A DNA stretch of 63,988 bases, counting the filler, from Dimargaris cristalligena (taxonomy: Eukaryota), in NCBI GenBank assembly GCA_003614675.1. It is 3 parts of 3 records of this genome, joined end to end, with 100 filler letters (N's around TTAATTAATTAA, not from the genome) between each part and the next. Parts side by side here need not be neighbours in the genome. Positions count along the whole stretch, not along the records: positions 1 to 22,082 come from ML002640.1; positions 22,183 to 44,263 come from ML002641.1; 1 more part is not named here. One strand, written 5' to 3'. The position numbers were made by a program, and so were the translations under genes. The notes below the pieces were generated by a model. That model did not search any database and was not told the DNA's origin. It worked only from the letters and a program-made list of their open reading frames with translations. Below are positions 12,192 through 23,720 of this stretch, piece after piece; the stretch's first letter is position 1; every line of letters begins with the position of its first letter.

Positions 12192-15100
12192 ATGGGTCAC
12201 CCCATAACTATCAAATTCCAGTACAACAACCAACTACGTCGCAGCTCCTTCGACGATGCACACGACCTCAACTTCTACGATCTCGCATTCCTGGTAAGTT
12301 AATGCAAGAGGGAATGAAAGAGAGAGGGAGCAGCCCGGGCAATTGTCCCGTACGGTTCTCCGACAGACTAAACCTTTACCCGTTTTTTTACTGAGATTCC
12401 GGGGGTTGCCGCCGGTTTAGCTTGCAAGGGGCGGCGGGGACTCTTCTATACTGGCCGAGTTCTCCTCCCACCCATGTATTATTACTGCGAATAGGGGCTG
12501 CTGTTTCTTTCTGCCCCGAGTAATATATTGCCTGTGCCAGCTGTAACCCCGCCGCTTAGCGTCTCATGATTGACCGAACGCTCAGTCTGAAATCGGATTC
12601 TTCTAACTGGCCTTTCATTGTTTTCTTCCCATGACTCTAACTTGCTCCGCTATCCCTGCTTACTATACTATCGGGTAATACACCTGGTCTGCATACACAC
12701 ATATAAATATATAGATCCAGGACTTGTTCGGTATCACAGATCCCCTGACCCTTATTTACTACAACCGCAAACAACAGGTCCGCGTAGTGGAAAACCAGCA
12801 CAGTCTAGAGCATGCTGTGCTAGACGCCATTTACCAAACCGTCAAGTACGGCAGTGAGGATGCCCGCATCCGCCTCAAATTCGTCATTTTGACCTCCACC
12901 CACCTGCAGGACTCACAGTCCCGCGCCGGGGGACTAGGGGGCGCCCATCACCCCCGACCCCGGCGCCGCCAAGACCGGGGGGGTGCCGGTCGGTCGAACC
13001 CTAACCATGATCCAATGACTGCCTCGCAGCTGCGAATCCAAGGGTTGGATCCTTCCGCCGACCCCCCTCCGAATAATTCCTCGCCGGGGGCGTCCGATAC
13101 CCAACCACCCCCGGAATCCGAAGGCCAATCCCCCTCCCCGGCCGAATCACTGGCGACGACCGTCCCCCTATCCCCGATTCCCATCGACGGTACCCAGATC
13201 GTCCGGGTGTATCCGGACCATCCACCCGCGGTCTCGCAGGGTGGGGGGACTTTTTCCCCCGTCACGGATCCCCGGGTATGCCATTCCCACCATGGCGACT
13301 GTCTCATGTGTCCCGCCCACCAGCATGAATCAGCCAAGGCCGCCATCGCCCCCGAGACCCAGGAGACAATCGACCACCTTAAACTCGAGTTACGCACCCT
13401 CAACCAAAACGTCCACGAAATCGCCAGTGTCCTGCGCTATTTCATGTTTGGCCACGCGGAGGCTGAGAACAAGGCCAATTTCTGGTACCCCGAGCCCACC
13501 AGTCGGCCCAAAGACGACCCCGAGTCACAGGTGGTGCTGTGTAGTGAGTGTCGGGCGGTCATTCTCGGTCGGCAGTGGGGGTGTCCAGACTGTCCGGCGT
13601 GGATTATATGCACACTCTGTTCGCGGAGTACCGTGGGCCATAACCACCCACATCCCTTGCACCAAATTGGCGAATCGGTTAATCTATCGAGCTCCGACTT
13701 ATCGTCCCTGGGCCACCTAGGGCCTTCGGGCCTGGCCCGGCCAGCAATGGGCAGCCCCTTACCCCCTACCAGCGGCTCTCCTCATACCCTCAAAAGTGCG
13801 GTCAAGGCCGCCGATAAGCCCAAGGATGACCGCTTGGTGCGGGTCATGTCGCCCCACGGTGATGACGTGATTGTGGTACCCCGCCTCGAGGACGTCGTCT
13901 CGGATCGGCCGAGTGCCTCTAGCGTCTACTCCGTTTCCCTCTCCGATCCCACCCCGCCCGAGCGCCAGTCGGAATCCGTGATTCACCACGGGATCTACTG
14001 CGATAACTGTAAACGGGAGGTCCGGGGGGTACGCTACAAGTGCGCCAGTTGCCCCGATTTTAATCTTTGCGCGGCCTGCGAACGCTACGAGGTTCACAAC
14101 CCCCAGCACGTATTCCTTAAACTTAAACAGCACATGGTCGATCTGTTTGGCCATATGGGTGACTCCAATTCCTCCTTGCTATCCCTCCAACCATCCATGG
14201 ATGGGGCGATGGTCGGGAGTTCTGGAGTGGGTGCTGCTGGTGGTGGGAGTTACGGTCACTTCCCTTCATCTATTGTTAGCGAAGGACTGGTTTCGGCGAA
14301 CACAACACCCCCCCGATCCAATGGTGGATCGATACCCCCGTTTTTGCCGCCCATGCCGGTGGGAGTGACAAGCCAGTCCCGATTAAACGGTGGTAACGGC
14401 TACGCTAGTGGCTCGGCATCCATGTCCAACTCCACACCAATGTCTATGTCCATGCCTATGCCTATGCCCACGTCGTCCCCTGCCGTCTCCAGTCCGGTCG
14501 GAGCGCCAGCGGCGAATTACAACCGGCCCTCTTCGAACGGACCGTCGCCCCAGATTACCCCGCCCAGTTCCCAGAGCTCGTCCAACGCAACCGCCATTCC
14601 CCACCTGATGTCCTCGTATGGATCGAATGATTCAGGGCGACTGGCCCACTCGAAGGAACACCTGGCTCCCCCTAATCTGCCACCACCTCCTGCCCTCCCA
14701 CCGTACCAGCCCGAGTTGCCCCCACTCCCTGCTGTACCGGGGGTGCCTCTACGCGCCACTTGGATGCCCGGGGGTTCGGTTCCCGACGGCTCGATTTTCG
14801 CCCCCCAGGCCGTCATTTCCAAAACCTGGATAGTTTCCAATACCGGCCCGGGACCCTGGCCCGTTTCCACGACGCTGGTGCCCTTGGATAACTATAGCGA
14901 TCTGCAACCGACCCAGGACGAGTATATCATCGGTGGCGCTGATCCCCATCAGGCCGTGCCCATTACGGTGACCATGTACGCTCCCGAGCGGCCGGGTACC
15001 TATACCACCTACTGGTCCCTCATGGGTTGGGGCGAGAAACGGTTCGGCGATACCTTACGGTCAACCATTGTGGTGCAGGACCCAAGGTACCCCCAGACCC

Positions 15101-16587
15101 CGCCACGCCGCAACTACTCCCACGGGCACTTGGCGCCCCTCTCGCCCCTCGCCGGAGCCAACAGTTGTGATATGTTCGCCCAAACGAGCCCCCACTATAA
15201 CTCCGACCCGGCTCTACCCGGCCCGTTCGGCTCGACCTCGTTTATACAGCCCCTTCCCGCCGTGGCCTCGTTTGCGGGACATCCCCAGGGCCTTCCTACT
15301 ATGCCCTCCCCGCCCAGAAACCCCCGGCCCGTAAACCATTCTCTGCTCCTCTCTCCCATCCATAGCCCCATGCCACCACTGCCTCAGTCTCAGCCCCAGT
15401 CTCAGTCTCGGCCCCGGCCTTTCCTTCCACCCCTGCCCTCGCTCCCGTCCTCCAGGCCAGTGCCGTTTGGGCATGGTTCGGCGTCGGCCCTCCCGCCGGT
15501 CTTGCCTCCGCTGCCCCCTAGTGCCCTCTACCGGAGTTATACCGCACCCGATCTCACTCATATCACATCCTCCAACGGACCCCAGCCGCTTTTTCCCCCC
15601 CACTCGGCGGGGTCTGGGTCGCCGCCCCCTCCCTTACCTCCCCTTCCATTGCATTTGCGTCGCCCCAGCGGCCCCCCGTACCATACCCACCCCTCATCCT
15701 CGATATCCAATGGCGGCCCAGCTTTTGGGGGTGGTAATGGGATGTGCGGGCCCATGGATGGTGGGGATATCGAGTTCATTAAAATGCCCAATGCTGAGGA
15801 CGCTATAGCCTCCATGCGCGACCAAATGCGCCACAATCAGCCTGGAATAGCCACAGCGGTCATGTCGGATTCTTTTCCATCTGCCTCGGCTGGGGTTCCA
15901 CCCCTTATGATACCCCCACCCTTACCGCCTCCGCCATTGCCACAGTCACGGCCGTTACTAGTTTCCATGACCGACCCTACCCCGCAGTTGGGGGAGTACA
16001 ACGACAACGACCACTACGACGACCACGACGACATCATCGACCCTACTATACTGTCGTTAGTCATGAATATGCCGTCGCCACACTTTGGAGCGACGGATAA
16101 TGGCCCCCCACCTCTTCCACACCACAGCGACCAACCTGTCGCCGGGGTTCCGGTATCGGAAGCCATGACTACTTCTATAGGACCGAGTCCCCTATCGGAC
16201 AGTCAGGAGGACATCATCCCACCGGACAGTAACAGCCTGCTGTCGGATATTAGTGAGGATATTCTTCTCACATCCGATTTGCTGAGCCTCCACATGGTCA
16301 GCTACACCGGTCCGCCGGATCAGCTTCCGCCGGGGGGAGCGTTATTCCCCTCCGGGTACTCCTACAACGTTTCGCGGGAGTCCTTACTCCCGTCCCGGGC
16401 CTCCAATAGCAGCGGTTCCGGCCCGGGCCAGGGTGGTGGTGGTGATAAACCGCCGCTGCATCATGAGGACTTTTCGTTCTCCAGTACCCGGACGCCCGGG
16501 TTTGGGACACCGGTCATTGCGCCACCTCCGCTTCCCCCGCCTCCGCCGTCCCACCTTCATAGCATGCGGTCGACCACTGGGGCTTAA
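12192..16587 (+). CDS. NBR1-like selective autophagy receptor (PB1, two ZZ zinc fingers, FW domain, Pro-rich tail); exons 12192-12293, 12715-16587
   Basis: Exon 1 MGHPITIKFQYNNQLRR is a PB1 start, and the GT..AG intron joins it in frame to the long ORF. ZZ motifs CSEC..CPDCPAWIICTLC and HHGIYCDNC..RYKCASCPDFNLCAAC. FW motif VPDGSIFAP..KTWIVSNTGPGPWP..APERPGTYTTYW..FGD. Confidence 0.85.
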
Positions 16588-17169
16588 ACATAAATGGAGG
16601 GACATCCTTGTCTATGCATGTTTAAGTACTTCCCACTGATAAGGCCAATATAGGAGAGTGGTATACACCCTTCTATATATTTCGTAGTTGCGCCTATCCA
16701 ACCGAGGAAATTTACTCGCTTGTTGTACTATATTTTACGATTGTGGTTAGAATAGGCTAAATTGATCACTGTTGCACGCTATTATATATGGTGGTGGTGG
16801 AATTGCACCCCTCCTTCCTCTCTTACATATGTGTACACTCTTGCTTTGGTTATCAGGCTGGAACTTGTATCAATTCTACTTGCGAACACTAGAACCGCTC
16901 TTAAAAAACCACCACTTTAGAATAAAAACATTTAGACTAACCTAAATATATTATGTTGTTATATGCACGTAACACCTGCAATACACTTGGGAATTATATC
17001 AAAATCATTTATAAGTTTTGCGCTAAAAATGTAATGAGAAGTAACTCAGTGTGTATATAATTTTGAACGAGACTGCACCCGGAAAAAATAATATATGGTG
17101 CTCAATTTTTATATATACATATAGCCCCCAATTAAGCGAAAAGGGGGTGTGATGGTGTTGGTTGGTTAT

Positions 17170-18609
17170 TCACGAGGCATTTTCAACTGGGCGATTATTT
17201 AGTGACGGATTAGGCTGACCCTTAATGTCGGCAATGATCTGGTTAAGCTTAGCCTCCATCGCCTCCGGGGTGTCGAAAATCGGCCATACGCTGAGTTGGG
17301 CCCTATCTGAGAAATGCGGGGCCATTACCTGGAGTTTATCGCACAAGTAACCCTGCTGACCGGTAAACACATGCGGCACCACAATATCGTTATCGTTATC
17401 GGTATCCGTATTGGTGGTTCCTTCAGCCAAGTCAAACACCACAACCAGGGACGGCTGTTGCCACTTGTCCACGTAGCGCCGAAGCGATTTGGAGAGTTTG
17501 GCCTCTAAACCACCGAGACGGGGGGCCGACGGGGTTCCATAACCCCCATAACCATGGTCCCGGGCCTTCCGGAAAGCCACCTCTTTCGCGAATTCCCGGA
17601 TCGGACCAATGAGCCGAAGGGTCGGGCGAGTGGACCAGTTGAGTAGGGGGTAGCCGTTGGCAAAGGCCGTTTGGGAATAGGACCGGCAGACGGCAATACT
17701 TTCCGGTAATGGCATACCCGTCCGGCGGCTGCGTTTAGGAAGTCGTTGAAAATTGGGACCGGAGTTGGAGTTGGAGTTAGGGTTGGAGTTGGTGGTCGGT
17801 AAATTGAATTGGTATTTGGATTCGGAAGTCGAAGGAGGGGGGTCACTGGGGTCGGGCAAGCGGGGTCGTTTGGAACCATGTGGCGGTGACGGTGCTGGTG
17901 CTGGTGCTGGTGGCGATGGTGGGGAGGGGTTAGGCCACCAGGACCCTACAGCGCCTCCCCATTGGGTTTCGGTATCGGCCGACGGGTTAGACGACCGGGG
18001 GAAGCTGGAGTCGACGGGGTGGACGGATGCATCGTTGGCAATGTTCGGAGGTGGGTTCGGTAATGGGTACCATGGGTCATTCAGCAGGAAACCGTAGTCG
18101 GTCCAAATGTCCGCGGAAGGGGGGAGGGGGAGTTGCTGGTCCCGGGGCAGGTCATCCAATGAGAAATCGAATAGTGAATCTAGGTCAGTGGCTGCATTCG
18201 CCGGGGCATCAGGCATGGAGGAGGGGTAGTCCCACCCGGCCTGGGGGGAGCGGGCCAGTAAATTGGGTGTGGGGGCAACTGGCAGGGGTTGACTCCACAA
18301 TGGGGCGGGGTTGTTAGTGGTGGGCGACTGGGACTCTAGCTCCAACACTGGAGGATACCCTCCCACTTCTGGCGAAACGGGGGCTAGTCTGGAGTATCCC
18401 GCCGCTACGGTTGAGGGAGATTGGGCCCACGAAAGGACCGCCTTCACCGGCTGAGTCCCGGGATACTCGGGGGTTATATAGGGGGGGAATACAGACGCGT
18501 CACGCCAAGCGGAGTCCGTTTCTTGACCTTCCATCGCTGTAATGCGGGCGGAAAAGGACATCACGTAGGCCACAGCGGCCAAGGGGCCGACTAAATTAAA
18601 TGCTGGCAT
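17170..18609 (-). CDS. Orphan secreted protein, family B copy 1 (479 aa), effector candidate
   Basis: Intronless ORF with a hydrophobic N-terminus (MPAFNLVGPLAAVAYVMSFSA), a Pro/Ser-rich middle and basic clusters KRPRLP and RLPKRSRR. C-terminal domain shared with 20780..21931. Confidence 0.8.
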   Translation of the reverse strand: MPAFNLVGPLAAVAYVMSFSARITAMEGQETDSAWRDASVFPPYITPEYPGTQPVKAVLSWAQSPSTVAAGYSRLAPVSPEVGGYPPVLELESQSPTTNNPAPLWSQPLPVAPTPNLLARSPQAGWDYPSSMPDAPANAATDLDSLFDFSLDDLPRDQQLPLPPSADIWTDYGFLLNDPWYPLPNPPPNIANDASVHPVDSSFPRSSNPSADTETQWGGAVGSWWPNPSPPSPPAPAPAPSPPHGSKRPRLPDPSDPPPSTSESKYQFNLPTTNSNPNSNSNSGPNFQRLPKRSRRTGMPLPESIAVCRSYSQTAFANGYPLLNWSTRPTLRLIGPIREFAKEVAFRKARDHGYGGYGTPSAPRLGGLEAKLSKSLRRYVDKWQQPSLVVVFDLAEGTTNTDTDNDNDIVVPHVFTGQQGYLCDKLQVMAPHFSDRAQLSVWPIFDTPEAMEAKLNQIIADIKGQPNPSLNNRPVENAS

Positions 18610-19257
18610 CCTGGGGGGAGTTGGAGCTCCGGAGAGCTAATGATGTGCAGTGAAAAGAAGGGGTGAGAAAATGACAAACTGTAGAATCACAATCGTTTAT
18701 AGAAATAATGCTATGGTGGAGCTGACCAATAAACTCAAGTCAAGGTGTAATGATGGTAAGAAATAGGCCCTCCTTATATATATATATTAGATGCCTGGTA
18801 CGAGTCGCCTTGAACTAATGATGTGAAGGATATGTGGCGTATAATGTAGAATGGTTGTGGAGTATTCAAAGTTACACATAACGGTTGAGGCTGACTATCC
18901 ATAGGGAGATTTATTCGTCCCGACTTCGTCTTCCCATGTGACTTTCCACAACCGAGAGAAACTGATGAGTGCCACACTATCCCTTTCTTCCACTTAGTAT
19001 CGCAAGGATTTAATAATACCTTCGCTTTACATTCCACGGCTATGAAGGATCAAATCGCAGGCCCGGTAACCTGGCGGGATGGTAGGACCATTAGTATCCG
19101 CTCAGGGCATCCCCACTCGTCTCCTCCCAATTTAACCAAAATTGAGTCGAAAAGAAACGACCCTACATTAAACAGTATCTATTGGCAGCCGGTAAGTAGC
19201 GGCAATAAAAGATTTAGACAATCCCCAAACGCCAACGCCAAAGATTCCTAATTGATA

Positions 19258-19395
19258 TGAGTGAAATTCAGCCCAGCTATATAAGGGTTTGCATTATATG
19301 TGTATGGGAGAATATATGGGAAATTTATTTTTAACTAGTAATATTGGCCGAATCTAATGGATTTTTCGTTATACAGCTTGGATGAACTTCTCCCA
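19258..19395. mobile_element. MITE family copy B, TA-flanked
   Basis: TGAGTGAAATTCAGCCCAGCTATATA ... TATACAGCTTGGATGAACTTCTCCCA, with TA on both sides. Confidence 0.8.
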
Positions 19396-20125
19396 TATTC
19401 ACGTGTAATGGCTAATTCGAATTTACACCAATGTTCTATCAGAATCTTCCGCTAAACGTGTGCCACCGATTCCTGTTGTTGCTCAATATATTAAAAAGCA
19501 CACTTCCGGCAACATGGGTTGGGCTATGCTATACTCGGTGGAAAAGTACCCATAATACCAGTCTCAACCTACTACTAGACATTGCAATAGGGCTGTTACT
19601 ACTACTTTTATTCTCAAGGCAGTATAGCATCGACTGAAAAAAAGAATAATCAACAGTAATTGCCAGACAGGATACGGCTCTAGGGTTACAACTGCTGAAT
19701 CGAAAATGCTCCCATGTTTAACCTATTTTACAGCATACTTAAAGGTTGCTTACCCTTACATGCTACTATCGCATATTAATCAATATTGCCTTTTCCCTGG
19801 CCCATAGAAGGCCGTGCGCACTACACTTACAGGTATACCATTGAGGTAGTGGTTTGGTAATGAGCAATGGGGACCAGGGCAGAAGCGTTGGCTGGTTAAT
19901 GCCTGGGATACCTTTAGATATAAAAAAAACGGGGTTTTTGAGCAATAAAAAACAAAAATATATATCAAATACAACATTAATAGAGCAGTCGCACGATAAA
20001 AGTACCTTTAGTCCGACTGATAATATATTTAATAAGAATCAATGTGGTCATTTGGCAGTTGCAGTTCTCCATTGGAGTAGGTGTAAGAACATTATAACGT
20101 TGTGTTCGTAGCAGGATAAACGATG

Positions 20126-20263
20126 TGGGTGAAACTCGGCCCAGCTGTTTAAGGTATTTAATGATATATGTATGGGAAAATAGGCGAGTGATTTATTTGT
20201 AACCAGTAATATTGGCCTCACCTAACGGATTCTTCGTAATACAGCCCGACTGAGACTCTCCCA
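20126..20263. mobile_element. MITE family copy C
   Basis: TGGGTGAAACTCGGCCCAGCTGT ... ATACAGCCCGACTGAGACTCTCCCA. Internal TAACCAGTAATATTGGCC is similar to the other copies. Confidence 0.75.
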
Positions 20264-20779
20264 TGTTTAGGTGACAATCATTTAGTAATTGGCAATGCCA
20301 ATGGGAGGGGGAACCAAAGCGATACAGTGGCTCTGTAAAAGTGGGATTGGTGTAGATACGGGTACCAGTTATTCCGCTAGCTACTGTCCTCCACTTACAT
20401 GAACGGTATTGGAGGACCAAAAGAATAGATATTAGTAAACTATTTAATAATAGGGAAAATAGAAGGTCGAGCGACGACATGGCCACATACGCCTAAAAGT
20501 GCCTTTGGCCACGAAACTTGGCTATTTAGATATCCAAATAAAGATGACATTGTCTCTACTGGGGAAGAGAGCAGCCCAATATGTGCCACTCGGACGTATG
20601 ATTTGTCGTTACAATATGGTTTTATATACTTAGCTTTGTTATTAACTTTATGCAATGATATTCAAATAAATAGAGCGATTTCAAACAGGTGTCATTGTAA
20701 AAGTATGAACGTGGAACTATATAAACAGCCACCCCACCATCCCCTCAAACAACTTAAGAAAATGTCCCAATGACCCATA

Positions 20780-21931
20780 TTATAACCCCTCCAACCTTTT
20801 TTCGGACATTAAAGTCTCAATCGCCTCTTCAAATGCCTTCTCCATCTCATCGGGAGTGCCAAAGATGGGCATTGTACTTAAGCGAACTTGGTTAAAAAGT
20901 TGTGGCATCTTAGTATAGAGTTCACAACACAAATAGCCCTGCTCACCTGTGAAGAAGTAAGGGACTATAGTCCGGAGTTCGGCATTCCACTCTATTGCGT
21001 AAATTAGAGAAGGAGACACCGTCTTGCTTAAATTTTGCTTGATGAACCTTGAAAGCTTTTCGATATTGATCTTAGGCTGACTGGAGTTTTTAAGCCCGAA
21101 TAAACTTTGGAACCCCATGAATTTACGTAAAATTTTTAAGATTTTTTTTCCGGTGTTCCCGCGGGCATAGTCGGGATAACCTCGAGAAAATGCTACTTCT
21201 GATTTCTCAGTACAGATGTCTATGATATCGCCTTTGACCAACGAATCTACTGGCTTGGGTGTTGTGGGGTGTACATATGGTGTCCAGCCACTGGTGCCTG
21301 GGTGGTTCTTATTGTTTTTTTGGTATAGATTTGGGCCGCCAGACGATGTGATGGGGTGCAGCTGTTCACTAGCTCGATCGTCCACTGTCCCTAATCCATT
21401 GTACGGATATGTAAAGTCGGATTCCCCAAAGCCAGTAGAGACCCCGGGATTCGTAGGATAATACTGCGAGGAAAACTCAGTATCCCAGTGGCCCGAAAAG
21501 GTTCCGTAGATTGAGTGCGGGATATTTTCGAGGCCAGCCGGAGGATCCTGAGAAGTGGTAACCGACCCGCCCTCGCCGCCGTGTGTCGTCCCTGGTTCAT
21601 TGACCTGTTGGTTGTAACCGGTGCTGGTCATAAAGTCCCATGCTTGGTGAGTGGTGAATGGAGGTGGGTGAGGTGCCTGGCCCACTTTGGTATAGGGGTA
21701 AACCTGGTCACTGGTTTGGTCCACCAGCGGAGGTTTGTGGAGATCTCCCGGGGACTGAGCCCAAGAAATAATGCCCTTCTCTGGAATATAGTCACCGATC
21801 TGATATAACTTTTGCTCGGTAGATGCCTGGGCTTGGTTCGTACTATGTTGACCAGTTGCTGCAATGGAACCGGCAAGTGACAGAAGGCAGGTTACGGCAA
21901 TTACACCACCGGATAGCTTGGCAACCGACAT
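20780..21931 (-). CDS. Orphan secreted protein, family B copy 2 (383 aa), effector candidate
   Basis: Signal-peptide-like MSVAKLSGGVIAVTCLLSLAGSIAA. Shares SWAQSP, QAxWD-like, AFxxGYP and VPxxFTGxQGYLC..L...PIFxTPxxME with 17170..18609. Confidence 0.8.
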   Translation of the reverse strand: MSVAKLSGGVIAVTCLLSLAGSIAATGQHSTNQAQASTEQKLYQIGDYIPEKGIISWAQSPGDLHKPPLVDQTSDQVYPYTKVGQAPHPPPFTTHQAWDFMTSTGYNQQVNEPGTTHGGEGGSVTTSQDPPAGLENIPHSIYGTFSGHWDTEFSSQYYPTNPGVSTGFGESDFTYPYNGLGTVDDRASEQLHPITSSGGPNLYQKNNKNHPGTSGWTPYVHPTTPKPVDSLVKGDIIDICTEKSEVAFSRGYPDYARGNTGKKILKILRKFMGFQSLFGLKNSSQPKINIEKLSRFIKQNLSKTVSPSLIYAIEWNAELRTIVPYFFTGEQGYLCCELYTKMPQLFNQVRLSTMPIFGTPDEMEKAFEEAIETLMSEKRLEGL

Positions 21932-22082
21932 GATGCGGGTTAGGGGGCTTGTTGGGGTAGGAAATACGGGATAAAGACAGTATACACTATATACTAGGAG
22001 AGTAATCCTCGTAGATATTGAAGTGGCAATGCTAACTTGAAAGCGGGTGATAAAATAAAACTAAGATGGGGCTTTGGGGAGA

Positions 22083-22182
22083 NNNNNNNNNNNNNNNNNN
22101 NNNNNNNNNNNNNNNNNNNNNNNNNNTTAATTAATTAANNNNNNNNNNNNNNNNNNNNNNNNNNNNNNNNNNNNNNNNNNNN
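22083..22182. other. Artificial contig linker (N44-TTAATTAATTAA-N44)
   Basis: 100-nt spacer with a six-frame stop cassette, identical to 44264-44363. Confidence 0.97.
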
Positions 22183-23482
22183 TCTATCTTTTCAAATAAA
22201 GTTCAGTTTTCAAGGATTTGATTTCAGTTCTTTACACCTGCGACTATTTTCAATAAATCATCATTTATCTATATCTATAACCCACCATTTTAACACATTT
22301 CCCGTTTTCGGACGTGATTGGCACAACAACTGGATTGATCATAATTATTACATATACTGTTAAATAAAGACAATTAGAATTTGTATCGATCGAGGGCTTG
22401 CTAAATGTAAAGATTTTCAGCTTACTGAGTCATCCAAGGACTTAGAGAAACACATGATGCATAGGATGAGCCATTTATACGGAATATTTCCTCTAGTAGG
22501 TCATGGCATGCCAGAATACCTATATATACACAAAGGAAATTAGCGAATATTAACTGCTTGTAATTAAATAATGGGAATCGATAGAAACCCCAAATATAGG
22601 AGACATCCTTGGATAGTCTTGAGGAACACCAAGAAGTGCAGCATTCAACTTGATTTATTATGTAGTAAATAACTATTGTAAGGATCAGCTGTTCAAACCC
22701 CCTACAGGGCAGAGTGCTATAAATTGATGGACTAATCAAAAGCTAAATGACTAATCCATAATCATAATTTAGATCTCAGCAACACTTCACATGCACCATA
22801 AACTGGAATCACTGAGAAATTCTTATAGTTTTTTACCATGTATTGGATATACAGTTATAAATAGACGTGATTCCCCTGATTATCACTAGGCATATGGTTT
22901 AGATGCAATACTTAGATATCGTTGTTATTTTCTATTGCTTGAACTCGCACCTGTATTCCCTTCCAAATAGCATTGCGACATATGCCTCTCTTTATAGTAA
23001 ATAATATATCCAAAATTGGAACCAAAGCTGGAATATGCCAATATAAACCCATTTTCGATTTCGAATATTATTTCAGTACACCTAAAAAAGGCAACTCGGT
23101 TAACCACTACGTCAGGTCACAAGCTCGCAGGGAAAGCAGGTATTTCGAAAGATTCCTTGTGGTGATCATTTGAGTCGCTTGATCGCGTACTTTAGCCTTA
23201 TTTTACCTGATCTCGTCCCTCTTTCCTTATAATCAGTAACCCTGTGGAGACTATTTTCGAAAAAAGCGGATTAAATTAAGGAGTGTATACATTCTACGTT
23301 AGTTGTGGCGCTTCTGGCATCACTTCCCCCTCTCACACCCAACCACCCTGACCAATTCCCAATTAGGCGATGGAGTAAACATAACGGTACTCCACCTGCC
23401 CTGCTTTTACATTTCAAGATATGGGCCCTAAATGAGTATTTGCGTGTGAAGTCGATTCCACGGATTTATCCAGCATACGATC

Positions 23483-23720
23483 TCTGGACTCCCCCGTTAC
23501 GGTGAACAGATGCAGAAACCAGCCAACCTTTGAGTCTCGATTAGGTTTACCAGCGCGTTGACCAGGCCTAATATACAGGCTTCTCGGCAGAATCCTCCTT
23601 TTGCGGCTGATTTCCCAGTAAGATCCGCCCATAAAAAGGCTCAGGATTACCACTACCCATACTGACTTGACCAGGGTAGTTGACTCAAGATCCCTCCATT
23701 CAGTCACCGAGAAGGCCAGA
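23483..23720 (-). ncRNA. Putative structured RNA of unknown family
   Basis: Nested inverted repeats close a long rod ending in a multibranch junction. G-U extensions and a CUGG-GAAA-UCAG tetraloop favour the minus strand. No family recognised. Confidence 0.35.

Noticed and set aside
22127..22138. TTAATTAATTAA palindrome as a biological site
   Set aside because: Embedded in fixed-length N runs twice; an assembly linker.
23650..23690. Resemblance to a TPP riboswitch (ACCC..GACTTGACCAGGGTA) and to IscB/HEARO RNA starts (GTCAACTACCC on the minus strand)
   Set aside because: The TPP CUGAGA motif and closing stems are missing, the GTTGAC partner has the wrong orientation, and no IscB/TnpB/Fanzor ORF is nearby.
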